From an uncultured archaeon (lineage in GTDB: Archaea; Aenigmatarchaeota; Aenigmatarchaeia; QMZP01; QMZT01), in contig CAYUSU010000001.1 of NCBI GenBank assembly GCA_964447525.1, positions 26,012 through 90,011 of the forward strand: DNA of 64,000 nucleotides, in the 5' to 3' direction. The notes beneath the pieces were generated by a model. The model saw only the letters and a program-made list of their open reading frames with translations. It made no database searches and was not told the DNA's origin. Positions 9,801 to 18,987 of this stretch are shown in pieces. Position numbers and translations under genes: made by a program. Position 1 is the first letter of the stretch; each line of letters begins with the position of its first letter.

Positions 9801-11182
9801 CCGGTCGTATTCAGTATGGCGTCAAGGAATGCTTTGTTTGATTTCTGGACTATCTTATATCTCCTTTCGTGACAGTCACCCCAAGGATCGCAGATATCCG
9901 GTTCAGCGCAGTTTATATCCACATCACACGAGTCCATGCTTCCCGTTCTGTCTGTTATCAGAACAACATCCGCTTTCTGTCCAAGACCGAAAAGATAGCT
10001 AAGATTCGCCGTACCCAACCTTATCGGAACCGTCCTGTTGCTGATATAATCGATATGTTCTAATCCGGTACCTGAAAAAATGGAAGAATTTATGAAAGAG
10101 TCGTTTATCAATATTTTTTGCTCGCTGGTGTTGGAATCGCTGTGTAATGTCACGTTTCCCATCGTGAAATAAACTGGATAATTACTCTTATAATGAAGAT
10201 ATGCTGAAATATTGTTGAGTGTCCCGGGAACGTGGAAAGATGAATACAGATTTATTAACCCTTCTATTCCAGGAAACCAGTATTTATCGGCGCTCGTGTT
10301 TCCGGTATAAAGGAATCCTGTGAGTTCTGATGTTGTGTAGGTAAATTTTATGTACCCACCCCCTATTGATGAATTTTCGATCATGGTGAAATTGATTTCA
10401 ATTGTGTTTTTCCCCCCAGAGAAGAGAGAGCATATCCCGGGATTAAACGTTGAAGAGCAGACATTCCATTTATCCGCTGAAAAATTACCCTTGGTCTTGT
10501 TGTATGTGCCTGCGGAAATATTGTTGATATGCAGTGAAAAATTATTTCCTACGTTCATTTCCATGTAGACGAACGATACATTCGCATCTGCGGGAAGATC
10601 TATGAATCTCGTTATGTTCCCCTCTCCGACATAACCCCCAAAATAGAGGAAATCGGAAGTCGTCTTTTTTGCCTTGGAAAGATAAACCTTTGCCATGTAA
10701 CCGTCCACTGGTTTCGTTTTCTCGTATCCGGAAACAATAGTGGTCAGCCTTGCGAGGAAGTTATTGACCGGTTGTGTGGATGAATTATATATATTTTCCC
10801 CTCCGAACACGATCTCGTATTCGTGACCAGTTTCGTTCAGTAATGCGTCAAGAATATCTTTCGTTATGTTCCCGGCCTCGGAAACATTTCCTGACGTCCA
10901 AAGCGAACCTATCACGTCCAGTATGGTTCTTCCCATATCATCCTGTTCCAAAACACCTGTTGCGATGTAGTTTTGTATGACCGGAAGGAACTGGACGGAA
11001 GACATAGGCGTTTGTTCAAAAACATATACCAAATCCTTTCCTGTATAATAATATCTCTGGTATCTAAGATCTGGGGAAGAATACGTGTGGAGAAGTGAAA
11101 CCAGGAAAAAACCTACGAGAATCAGTATTGAAACAGCGAATACAGCGTCCATCGAAAGCAGGAAACCCCTATAACCCCTCAT
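6881..11182 (-). CDS. giant (1433 aa) cell-surface protein with a pilin-like class III signal peptide and a VWA (MIDAS) domain; putative pilus-associated adhesin
   Basis: The N-terminus MRGYRG|FLLSMDAVFAVSILILVGFF fits the archaeal prepilin [KR][GA] cleavage-motif pattern. DxSxS MIDAS-like motif (ITDRTGSMDSCD), many Cys pairs and dozens of N-x-S/T sequons. Confidence 0.7.
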   Translation of the reverse strand: MRGYRGFLLSMDAVFAVSILILVGFFLVSLLHTYSSPDLRYQRYYYTGKDLVYVFEQTPMSSVQFLPVIQNYIATGVLEQDDMGRTILDVIGSLWTSGNVSEAGNITKDILDALLNETGHEYEIVFGGENIYNSSTQPVNNFLARLTTIVSGYEKTKPVDGYMAKVYLSKAKKTTSDFLYFGGYVGEGNITRFIDLPADANVSFVYMEMNVGNNFSLHINNISAGTYNKTKGNFSADKWNVCSSTFNPGICSLFSGGKNTIEINFTMIENSSIGGGYIKFTYTTSELTGFLYTGNTSADKYWFPGIEGLINLYSSFHVPGTLNNISAYLHYKSNYPVYFTMGNVTLHSDSNTSEQKILINDSFINSSIFSGTGLEHIDYISNRTVPIRLGTANLSYLFGLGQKADVVLITDRTGSMDSCDVDINCAEPDICDPWGDCHERRYKIVQKSNKAFLDAILNTTGNRVGMIGYGKRASPVCSFRDMTDDNESLRTRIDDYANEWCGWTCVSCGVESATKLVMETQTLHGTNMTSEVNTTWYDIGDDYGGKPRSADVNVNITFDQQKIVKARLSVFGRDIDAGNKNYKNCVYLNGRYLGRMCYPAEDNSDGYHDCIFDLKQDWLNQGINTVTLTSGTTIDCNEIGGSHDDWNFKDVRITLWELQNLTRNVTEFSDNQETYINYPGGFLIKNYIDMWELATDLPYPIDFTSGLNWTFTTFGPGAGDDGWDWDLQNGVGPYGWDDNVDYAPVTGGKLELDMRTGSPSRNRCSDYDCSGAYGIEVNITDDVYSSILAGDWVYFSMDYEWDGNDNPFEGSDQVWIKGRWYSPTSGYHYLGSDLDTGDDGSDGDEEIDTRDNPDDDFSGNFYQNLTQWIEGPGLYYLDIGGKILGTESSEWGYFRFDDISIGLTNSSYYAPPTNYMINVTMDMEINTSRLKAARIVFEANNVDPYYYNCVYLNDYFVGRIRHQEWNGTNIWQNVTFDLPTFWLNEGGNNITFTAGTMEDAGTSIDGGCKRPGSDNYWSFRNVMITTTESNESFPYDRFKAMLVMSDGHANTRIGDCNNCQDGASTPSQEAIDKACEAHNKYNISIYSVAFGSGADTDTLRDIACCDNCSNFYVSDDSDELVEIYEKIAKDILEIAFKAQAVVITGDVETNNTLYPDSYISYEYTPISEPLSYGEITLTYESTRLENSTGNATITDNATGTKEGWFFIQNNTRILDSKITAYSSYYWADRLWINSSNTPNQNWTNVYWLGNFSGNYEDIGDPYIINIPVNLLTPGGNNSVRIGTGLGPTNGTGGSPDSRVIYTLGITGIGLQGYSDVFHKLKGSTVTIYYDNNGDNSPDGSTSVQIGPYPSDVFDPQNDSIDDAFMRLMDMLDFINDQNPDTYGSGTVVDPYDAVNQSNPIDLEITHEVSFVSEYISQIPSLWGPSELEIRIWG

Positions 11183-11279
11183 AAAATTATATTTGAATCT
11201 CTGTATAAAATGGTTTTTCGCCAGTTCCCGGTTATTTTTAAAGATTTATAGCAAATTACTAAATATTAAAGGTGATACG

Positions 11280-11882
11280 ATGGACTTCAGAAAATTTATA
11301 AAATCGACTTTCGGAAAGGATGTCTTTTCGATCAGCGAGGACGATATAATCAAGGAAAGGGTCCGGGTAGAGAAACAAGTGGAGAACATATCGGACGACA
11401 TCAAGAACATACAGGAAAAGATACAGAAGCTGATGATCGAATCAAAGGGCCAGCCTTCCACCTTGAAAATGCTGAATGTGCAGAAAATCAAGGCTCTCCG
11501 GCTTGAATCCAGAACCAAGCAGATGGAGGCGAATCACTTCATCCAGCAGATGCAGGTTCTTCTTCTTGTGGAGGCCATGAAGCAGAGGGAAAAGGGAGAC
11601 AAAGAATCCAAGATAACCGACGAAATTCTCAACTCTGACATGGACAAACTCAGTGCAGTCCTTCTTGTCACCGACGTCAGGGAGGCCCTTAAAGAGGGAA
11701 GGATTGATCTGGTCAAGGACAAGCTTGGAAGGGTTTTCGGGAAGGAACAACTTTTGGTCGACGACGAATCCCAGGAACTGATGAGCGCAATAGATGATCT
11801 GGAGAAGGTCGATGAGCAGACGGCGATCAAGATGGCCGGTCAGAAGGCAAAGGAACTGGCCGACGAGAGGGTTGACGAATAA
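11280..11882 (+). CDS. ESCRT-III / Snf7-family (CdvB-like) protein
   Basis: About 200 aa, with a basic N-terminal half and an acidic C-terminal half. The core QKIKALRLESRTKQMEANHFIQQMQVLLLVEAMK matches the Snf7 helix-2/3 consensus (..nleq..f.ie.a......v..amk). A GGTGA RBS precedes the ATG at 11280. The longer ORF-track start at 11193 is rejected. Confidence 0.65.
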   Translation: MDFRKFIKSTFGKDVFSISEDDIIKERVRVEKQVENISDDIKNIQEKIQKLMIESKGQPSTLKMLNVQKIKALRLESRTKQMEANHFIQQMQVLLLVEAMKQREKGDKESKITDEILNSDMDKLSAVLLVTDVREALKEGRIDLVKDKLGRVFGKEQLLVDDESQELMSAIDDLEKVDEQTAIKMAGQKAKELADERVDE

Positions 11883-12050
11883 GACCTTCCCAATTCCATT
11901 ATTTTTGATTTTTTTCAGATATTTCAGTCTTGTTATTATAAGTTGAAATAATCTTTGATCATTTTCTTGAAACTTTCGTGGCCTGTCTCAAAGTCATCTG
12001 ACATGAATTCTTCCGGTGTTACCCATTTGTGTTCTGTGAGATTTTCCTCT

Positions 12051-12356
12051 TCATCCACATTTTTTTGTCATATCTATTTCACCGGAAACGTGTTCGCAGA
12101 GGAATGTGGTTATAACAACCTGATCACCATCGTTTTCCCTGAAAAAATACCAATTACCGACAAGTTTCAATACATCCACATCCAGATCAGTCTCTTCTTT
12201 GAATTCCCTCATCAGACAAGACTTGGGATCGCTTCCGTATTTTATCCTTCCACCCGGAAGATCCCATACCGAAAAACCAGAAAGCTTTTGTTTAACTATT
12301 AGGAATTTTCCGTCTTTCATCAGAATTCCCTTTACCGCGGCCTGAACGTTTGTCAT
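12051..12356 (-). CDS. NUDIX hydrolase
   Basis: Nudix box GGRIKYGSDPKSCLMREFKEETDL (GX5EX7REUXEEXGU). The ORF is short (101 aa) and may be truncated. Confidence 0.7.
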   Translation of the reverse strand: MTNVQAAVKGILMKDGKFLIVKQKLSGFSVWDLPGGRIKYGSDPKSCLMREFKEETDLDVDVLKLVGNWYFFRENDGDQVVITTFLCEHVSGEIDMTKKCG

Positions 12357-12413
12357 TTTATTGAATTAGAGTGCAGTTTTTAAAATCTTTGATCAAATTA
12401 TAAACAGGTTATT

Positions 12414-13538
12414 ATGGGAGAAATAAGAGAATCGGTCCTGAAACAGCAGCTCCAGAAGGAGATGGATGAAGCAAAAAAGCTGGATTCCAAGGGCAAGGGA
12501 AAGCAGGCAGCAGTCCATTACCAGAATGCAGCAAACATTTACAGGAGGCTGGCTTACATAGCTCCCAGAGATTATGCAGAGAACTTCTTCACAAATGCTT
12601 CCCAGTATGAGAGTCTTGGTAATATACTGAAAACCACTACCCCGTACACTAGGGCGGAATCCACTGAAATGATCGAGACTATGATAATATCCGAGAAACC
12701 CAAGATAAAATGGGAGGAAATAGGCGGCCTGAGTGAGGTGAAGTCGACGATAAAGGAAGCTATTGTTCTCCCATTCATAAACAACAAGCCGGATTTTGTG
12801 GAAGCTCCCAAAGCCATCCTACTTTACGGTCCGCCCGGAACCGGGAAGACGCTTCTTGCTAAAGCCGCAACTAACACGCTGGAAGCGACGTTTTTCGAGG
12901 CAAGAACATCTACGCTACTTTCGAAATACTTTGGCGAGAGCAGCAAAATAATATCAATGCTTTTTTCAAAGGCGAAAGAGAAACAACCATCGGTAATATT
13001 CATGGACGAATTCGATAGCATAATGGTCAGCAGGGACAAAGATATGAATGAAAGCACCCGTCGCGTGGTCGGGCAGCTTCTTCAGGAGATAGAGGGATTC
13101 GCTTCTACGAGTGATGACAAGATAATACTGATAGCCGCAACCAACAAACCATGGGACTTGGACGATGCAATGATATCGAGATTCCAGAGAAAGATATATG
13201 TTCCTCTGCCGGATCAGGAAGCAAGAAAAGCAATAATAGAGATACACATGAAAGGGGTAACACTCGAAGGGATGACCATCGGTTCACTTTCCGAAAGGAC
13301 GGATGGTTTCTCTGGCAGAGATATAGCGAATCTTTGCAGGGAAGCGGTAATGATAATGATAAGGGAAAAGAACCCGAAGCTTGAGGAATTGACTTCGACG
13401 CAGATAGAGAAATACACAATGAGTCATCGGTCGCTGAACGAGAATGATTTTGAGAAAGCTTTCGAAAAAATCAGACCAAGTGTTGATCCCGATTCTATTC
13501 AGAAATATTCTGAATGGGGAAAACAAATGGGAATGTAA
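12414..13538 (+). CDS. Vps4/CdvC-like AAA+ ATPase with an N-terminal MIT domain
   Basis: N-terminal helical MIT-like region, single AAA module (GPPGTGKT Walker A, IFMDEFD Walker B), Vps4-type motif KPWDLDDAMISRFQRKIYVPLP and a Vps4-like C-terminal tail (YSEWGKQ). Confidence 0.9.
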   Translation: MGEIRESVLKQQLQKEMDEAKKLDSKGKGKQAAVHYQNAANIYRRLAYIAPRDYAENFFTNASQYESLGNILKTTTPYTRAESTEMIETMIISEKPKIKWEEIGGLSEVKSTIKEAIVLPFINNKPDFVEAPKAILLYGPPGTGKTLLAKAATNTLEATFFEARTSTLLSKYFGESSKIISMLFSKAKEKQPSVIFMDEFDSIMVSRDKDMNESTRRVVGQLLQEIEGFASTSDDKIILIAATNKPWDLDDAMISRFQRKIYVPLPDQEARKAIIEIHMKGVTLEGMTIGSLSERTDGFSGRDIANLCREAVMIMIREKNPKLEELTSTQIEKYTMSHRSLNENDFEKAFEKIRPSVDPDSIQKYSEWGKQMGM

Positions 13539-13541
13539 ATT

Positions 13542-15290
13542 ATGAATATTTTTGAGGTAATGGAAGAAGAGAAAAAATACTTTGATAAAGACAAACTTCA
13601 ACACCATCTCGATGATCTTCTGAAAAAGATAAAAAAATCCAGAAGAGATGAAACATTCGAAAGATCAGCCATTCTTTTTTGCGAAGCGGCCAATATTGCT
13701 CATCTTTTGGGAGATTCGAGAGCAACAGAATTCTATATGAGCTCCGCTCAGGAGAATCTCAAAACCAAAAACATATACAACGCAGCATGGGCTTACAGGA
13801 ACGCTGCGCTGGTTTCTTTCGAAAACGGTGATTATACCAATGCAATTTCATTCTCGCAAAAATCGGTAGAACTATTCGAAAAATCTCATACGCAATATGG
13901 ACTTGAATGGTGCTTCAAACTTATTGGGGAATCATTCGAAAAGAGCGGTAAAACAGGGGAAGCAATAAAATACTATAACAAATCCCTTGAAATACAAAAA
14001 GACGAGGAAATCGAAGAAAAGATCAAACACCTCATGAAAAAAACACCTGAAATTTCAGTTAGTCATAATTCTGATAAAGATTCAGTCAAGAAAAACGGAA
14101 ATGCCGAATTCCGGCTGGAAATCAGGAACCTTTCTAATGATATCATAAAGGAAATAAAAGCAGTGGGAGCCGATTCTAAAATAATAGATTCGTTCCAGAA
14201 TCTGGGTCCTAACGAGATACACATTTTCAAAAAAACAGTAAAGACCGGCAATAATTCCGCCTCTTCACCGTTCCATCTGGTAGAATGGGATACCGTTCAG
14301 GGAGATAGATTCGAAAGAGAGATTGAACCAATCGAGCTGAAGATCAAACCAAATATCGGAATGAACGCTTATTTCCGCGAGAAACCGCAAGTCGGTAAGC
14401 AGTCTTTTTTCGTTGTGTTTGTGAGGAACGACTCCGGTTCCGATATAACGAATGTTCGCCTTCGTATGGATTTCCCGGTTGAAGTCAAGGTGAAACCAGT
14501 TACCGGGTACACTTTCGAAAAAATTCAGATCGGTGAGGAGAAAGGATTCGTTTTCAAGATCCTTCCCACCGCTCTGGAAAAGGTAACCCTGAAACCTTCC
14601 GTGACCTACGATTATAATGGGAAGAGTTTTGACGAGACGATGGAACCATTTTCGATGAATGATACACTCGAATTACCGGAAGATAAAACCATTTCCAATG
14701 ATACTTCCAAAATACTTGACAACACAATGCTTGAAAAAATGAATGATATCCGCGAGGAGAAGAGATTCATTAATTCCAGATTTGAACCTTTTCAGATGAA
14801 TGAAATAGAGTTCATAGAATCTCAAAAGGAAATGGCATCCGTTAACAAGGGATTTTCACTAAAAAATACTAGTATTAATGAGACATTCTCTTTGATAAAG
14901 GAAGAACTGAAGGACCTTCATATAGTATCGGAAAGAGAGAATGAAAATTCCTCTTTGTTGTGTTATTCATGCAAGACCAGAGGAGAAGGGGAGAAATATC
15001 TACTTAAAATTGTTATCAAAGATGAGAAAAATATAGTGTTCGTTGTTTCAAGAATGTATTCGGACAAAGATGATGGTCTGGATGATTTGCTTTCGAAAAT
15101 ATCCAACATACTGGAACATACGATAACTGCAATGACCTTCGCAACCGAAGTTCAGAACGTTGAGGTCAATGAGACAATAAATATCATAGACTCCGTTGTA
15201 CAACGATCAAAGATAGGTGGGGATGAAGATAAAACGGAAAATAAAAAAATAAAATTAAAGGATTCGGTGGTACAGAAGACCGATCTGTGA
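13542..15290 (+). CDS. 582-aa protein with N-terminal TPR/MIT-like helical repeats, a central beta-rich region and a C-terminal acidic part. Function unknown; coupled to the Vps4 gene
   Basis: It starts 4 nt after the Vps4 stop. TPR-like helices at residues ~40-150 (AAWAYRNAALVSFENGDYTNAISFSQKSVELFEK...). Confidence 0.6.
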   Translation: MNIFEVMEEEKKYFDKDKLQHHLDDLLKKIKKSRRDETFERSAILFCEAANIAHLLGDSRATEFYMSSAQENLKTKNIYNAAWAYRNAALVSFENGDYTNAISFSQKSVELFEKSHTQYGLEWCFKLIGESFEKSGKTGEAIKYYNKSLEIQKDEEIEEKIKHLMKKTPEISVSHNSDKDSVKKNGNAEFRLEIRNLSNDIIKEIKAVGADSKIIDSFQNLGPNEIHIFKKTVKTGNNSASSPFHLVEWDTVQGDRFEREIEPIELKIKPNIGMNAYFREKPQVGKQSFFVVFVRNDSGSDITNVRLRMDFPVEVKVKPVTGYTFEKIQIGEEKGFVFKILPTALEKVTLKPSVTYDYNGKSFDETMEPFSMNDTLELPEDKTISNDTSKILDNTMLEKMNDIREEKRFINSRFEPFQMNEIEFIESQKEMASVNKGFSLKNTSINETFSLIKEELKDLHIVSERENENSSLLCYSCKTRGEGEKYLLKIVIKDEKNIVFVVSRMYSDKDDGLDDLLSKISNILEHTITAMTFATEVQNVEVNETINIIDSVVQRSKIGGDEDKTENKKIKLKDSVVQKTDL

Positions 15291-15291
15291 C

Positions 15292-15558
15292 CTATTTCTT
15301 TTTCTTCTTGGGCTTTTCTGGTTCCTCTTCGAATTCCTTGCTCATTTTTAGTTCGTCGGCCTCTAGCCATACCACTAGCAATCCCACCAGTATAAGGAGT
15401 ATTGGGATTATTCCCGTGAGCACTATTACAAAGTTATCCAGCCAGTTGATACCGAGGGTTCCCGCGGTTCCTGTTATTGGATATACTGAGTCAACGAAGA
15501 GCCCTAACCCGATCAAAACCAGGATAAGCCCGACAATAATTTTTATTGCTGCATGCAT
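15292..15558 (-). CDS. small membrane protein (2 TM) with an acidic/lysine-rich tail
   Basis: Hydrophobic helices followed by EEEPEKPKKKKK. Confidence 0.4.
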   Translation of the reverse strand: MHAAIKIIVGLILVLIGLGLFVDSVYPITGTAGTLGINWLDNFVIVLTGIIPILLILVGLLVVWLEADELKMSKEFEEEPEKPKKKKK

Positions 15559-15688
15559 GTTTTTTCACCTATTTTGATAGACTACTTGTTTTTATATTAT
15601 AAGTAGTCAATTTCTTATAATTGATATAAAACTTTTAACTTTAAATTTATATACTTTATAATTCGTAAATAATTAATTCGGTGAAAAA

Positions 15689-16183
15689 ATGATAAAGGCA
15701 ACAAACATTGTGAAGAGAAAATCAGTCACTCCGAAACTCGTGGAGTGGAGGAAGCAAAAAGTAGTGGAAAGAATAGAGAGACCAACTCGTTTAGCCAGAG
15801 CGCATGCACTTGGATACAAAGCCAAACAAGGATTCGTTGTCGTAAGGGCAAGAATAAACAAAGGTGGAAGAAAACGTCCTATGCCAGCCGGCGGAAGAGG
15901 TCCAAAGAAATCAGGAAGATTCTTTTCCACCGGAAAATCCAAGAAGTTAATGGTAGAAGAAAAAGCTGCCAGGAAGTTTCCTAACATGGAGTTGCTGAAT
16001 TCTTATTATGTAGGAGAGGATGGAAAACACCAGTGGTACGAGTGCATACTTATTGATCCCAGTCACCCGTCCATTTCCAAATCCAAAGAAACCCGATGGC
16101 TTACCAGCGGGAAGCATACCGGAAGGGTTTATAGGGGAAGAACATCCGCCGGTAAGAAATCCAGGGGACTGTTGAAGAAGTAA
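15689..16183 (+). CDS. rpl15e: 50S ribosomal protein L15e
   Basis: Near-identity to archaeal L15e blocks (RIERPTRLARAHALGYKAKQGFVVVRARI, LNSYYVGEDGKHQWYECILIDPSHP, TGKHTGRVYRGRTSAGKKSRGL). Confidence 0.9.
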   Translation: MIKATNIVKRKSVTPKLVEWRKQKVVERIERPTRLARAHALGYKAKQGFVVVRARINKGGRKRPMPAGGRGPKKSGRFFSTGKSKKLMVEEKAARKFPNMELLNSYYVGEDGKHQWYECILIDPSHPSISKSKETRWLTSGKHTGRVYRGRTSAGKKSRGLLKK

Positions 16184-16242
16184 TTTATACTGATTCTCGG
16201 AAATAGAATTATAAACATAGTTATAATAATAAAGAGATAAGC

Positions 16243-16926
16243 ATGAAAATAGTCTTTGATGTTGGGGGATCGATACTCTGCCCCAAAGGGGTACCGAACG
16301 AAGAGATTATCAAGCTTTATTCTGAATTTTTGCTTTCGCTCGTCGCCGAAGGTCACGAGATTGTTGTGGTGGTAGGTGGCGGTAAGCTCGCAAAGAAATA
16401 CATATCAATTGCGGAAAATTTCTCAGATGAAAGAGAATTCCTTGACAATATCGGTATACAGAGTACAATACTCAATGCGATGGTTTTGATTTCTTCACTT
16501 GGAGAACATGTGAACAAAAAGGTACCAACCAGTACACGTGATCTGAAAAAAGCCATAGGAACGAAGAAAATCGTTGTAATGGGAGGACTGAAGCCGAAAC
16601 AGACCACGGATGCAGTGGCTGTTCAGGCGGCGGAGGTTTTGGGGGCGAATATGATAATAATAGGAACGGATGTTAACGGGATATATGACAAGGACCCGAA
16701 ACACCATTACAAGACAAAAATATTCATAAAAATAACCCCTCACCAGATATCCAAGATAATAGAGAAGGAGAGATTCACCCCGGGCCATTCTGCAGTAATA
16801 GATCCTGTTGCAGTGAAACTTCTCGACAAGAACAAAATAAAGACACTGGTTCTTAACGGGAAAGACATAGAAAACATACGTAACGCCATAAAAGGGAAGG
16901 AATTTTTAGGAACGACAGTAGAGTGA
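16243..16926 (+). CDS. pyrH: uridylate (UMP) kinase, archaeal type
   Basis: MKIVFDVGGS... amino-acid-kinase fold, 227 aa, and the VVVGGG motif. Confidence 0.85.
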   Translation: MKIVFDVGGSILCPKGVPNEEIIKLYSEFLLSLVAEGHEIVVVVGGGKLAKKYISIAENFSDEREFLDNIGIQSTILNAMVLISSLGEHVNKKVPTSTRDLKKAIGTKKIVVMGGLKPKQTTDAVAVQAAEVLGANMIIIGTDVNGIYDKDPKHHYKTKIFIKITPHQISKIIEKERFTPGHSAVIDPVAVKLLDKNKIKTLVLNGKDIENIRNAIKGKEFLGTTVE

Positions 16927-16930
16927 TATA

Positions 16931-17254
16931 ATGTATGTTGTGGTTCTTATAACTTGCCCTGATCGGGAAAGCGCCGAAAAGATATCAGACGTCATCCTTG
17001 AACAAAGACTTGCCGCATGCGTTAACATAACCGGTGATATAAAATCTTTTTTCTGGTGGGGAAAACACATGAAGAAGATACACTCCGCGAAAGAGGTGAT
17101 GATGTTTGTCAAGACGAGACAATCCCTTCTTAAAAAACTGATAAGGGAAGTCAAAAAGACCCATCCTTATTCCGTCCCAGAAATAATCGCCATTCCTGTT
17201 GTTGGCGGGTCAAAGGAGTATATGCAATGGATTGATGAGGAAACAAGAAATTAA
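16931..17254 (+). CDS. cutA: divalent-cation tolerance protein CutA
   Basis: LAACVNI, WWGK and HPYSVPEIIAIPVVGG motifs characteristic of CutA1. Confidence 0.85.
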   Translation: MYVVVLITCPDRESAEKISDVILEQRLAACVNITGDIKSFFWWGKHMKKIHSAKEVMMFVKTRQSLLKKLIREVKKTHPYSVPEIIAIPVVGGSKEYMQWIDEETRN

Positions 17255-17277
17255 TAGATTCAAAAGAATTATTATTA

Positions 17278-18986
17278 TGACATCCGAAAATATGTTTGAA
17301 AGAGAAGTCAAGAATCTTCTCGGGAAATATGTCAATAAAGATAAAATCGTTCTGGAAAAAACGGCGCAGCCGGAATTCGGTGATGTCGCGTTCCCGTGTT
17401 TCACTCTTTCGAAAGAGATGAGGAAAAGTCCGGTCGTCATAGCAGAAGAACTTTCGAAAAAGATAAAACCTGTTGATCTTGTCAGTAAAATAGATGCCAA
17501 GGGAGGATATCTTAATTTCTTCGCTGATTGGGGAAAGATTTTTAATGGCGTTTATGAAGAGATTGAAAAAAAACCGGAAGGTTTCGGTTCCGGAAATCCT
17601 GATAAAAAAGAGAAAATATTGGTTGAGTATTCTGCACCTAACACGAATAAACCCCTTCATCTCGGTCACATCAGAAATAATTCTTTAGGGATGTCCCTTT
17701 CCAGTATACTGGAGTTTTCCGGTTTCGATGTTGTAAAGGTTAATCTGGTGAACGACCGGGGTATTCACATATGCAAATCAATGATCGCTTACATGCTTTT
17801 CGGTAATGGGAAAACACCGGAAAGCGAGGGAAAAAAGGGCGATCATTTCGTCGGTGAATATTACGTGCTTTACAATGAAAAATCCAAGGATGATCCGTCC
17901 CTCGAGAGGAAGTCCAAAGAGCTTCTGAAGAAATGGGAAAACGGGGATAAGGATACCATGAATTTGTGGAAGAGGATGAATTCATGGACATTAGATGGGT
18001 TCAAAAAGACGTACGAAGATTACGGCTGCGAATTCGACAAATGGTATTATGAAAGTAAAACGTATGAACTGGGGAAGAAATTCGTCGTGGATGGCCTTAA
18101 GAAGGGGTTATTCAAGAAAGGGGACGAAGGGGAAATATACATAGATCTTTCGAAACAAGGACTGGACAAGAAGATACTTGTCCGTTCTGACGGGACGACT
18201 GTTTACATGACACAGGATCTTGGAACGACAAAACTCAAAAATGACGATTTTGATCCGGACAGGATGATATGGGTGGTTGCCAGCGAACAGAACTATCATT
18301 TCCAGGTACTTTTCAAGATACTTGAAATTCTGGGTCATGAATGGGCGAAGAATTGTTACCATTTGAATTACGGCATGGTTTTTCTCCCCGAAGGTAAGAT
18401 GAAATCGAGGGAGGGGAATGTCGTTGACGCGGATGATCTTTTGGAGAATCTCACCAAAGAGGCAGTCAAAGAGATTAAGAAAAGAGGGAATATTCAGGGA
18501 AAGAATGAAATAGAAAAAACGGCCAGAATTATCTCCCTCGGCGCAATAAAATTTTACATGCTCAAGACAAACCCGATGAAGGACGTTAGTTTCAACCCGA
18601 AGGATTCACTGTCTTTCGAAGGAGATACCGGTCCCTTTGTGCAGTATTCCCACGCAAGGATAGAGGGGATACTCAGAAGGCTCGGGAAAATTAAGAAGAA
18701 GCCCGATTTTTCACTGATGAATTCCCCGGAAGAGAATGACCTCATGAGAATAATTTACATTTTTCCTGATGTAGTGAAACAATCCAGCGAGAAATACAGT
18801 CCTTCCATAGTTGCCAGTTATCTTCTGGATGTTGCAAAATCATTCAACCGTTTTTATGAGAAGCATAACGTTATGAAATCCAGCGATGATGTAAAGGCTG
18901 CAAGAACAGCATTGATAAAATCAGTCAGAATTGTGATCAGAAATGGCCTGAAGCTTCTCGGGATAGAATCACCGGGTAGAATGTGA
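17278..18986 (+). CDS. argS: arginyl-tRNA synthetase
   Basis: Class I HIGH motif (PNTNKPLHLGHIRN) and ArgRS architecture (~569 aa). The ORF-track start at 17199 is an upstream extension; the ATG at 17278 is more likely. Confidence 0.9.
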
Positions 18987-18987
18987 A

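Noticed and set aside
11193-11279. N-terminal extension of the ESCRT-III ORF (MNLCIKWFFASS...)
   Set aside because: The hydrophobic, uncharacteristic extension lacks an RBS, whereas the ATG at 11280 is preceded by GGTGA and gives a Snf7-size product.
12414-13538. Alternative assignment of the AAA ATPase as Cdc48/VAT, katanin/spastin or a proteasomal ATPase
   Set aside because: It has a single AAA module with an N-terminal MIT-like helical domain, the Vps4-specific KPWDLD...RRF..RIY.PLP block and a C-terminal Vps4 tail. It has no double AAA ring, no PAN coiled-coil N-terminus and no C-terminal HbYX motif.
17199-17277. Upstream extension of the argS ORF; likewise 36797..36895 for porD and 47015..47059 for the 475-aa secreted protein
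   Set aside because: The extensions overlap the preceding genes and lack homology, and internal ATGs with RBS-like sequences give canonical N-termini.
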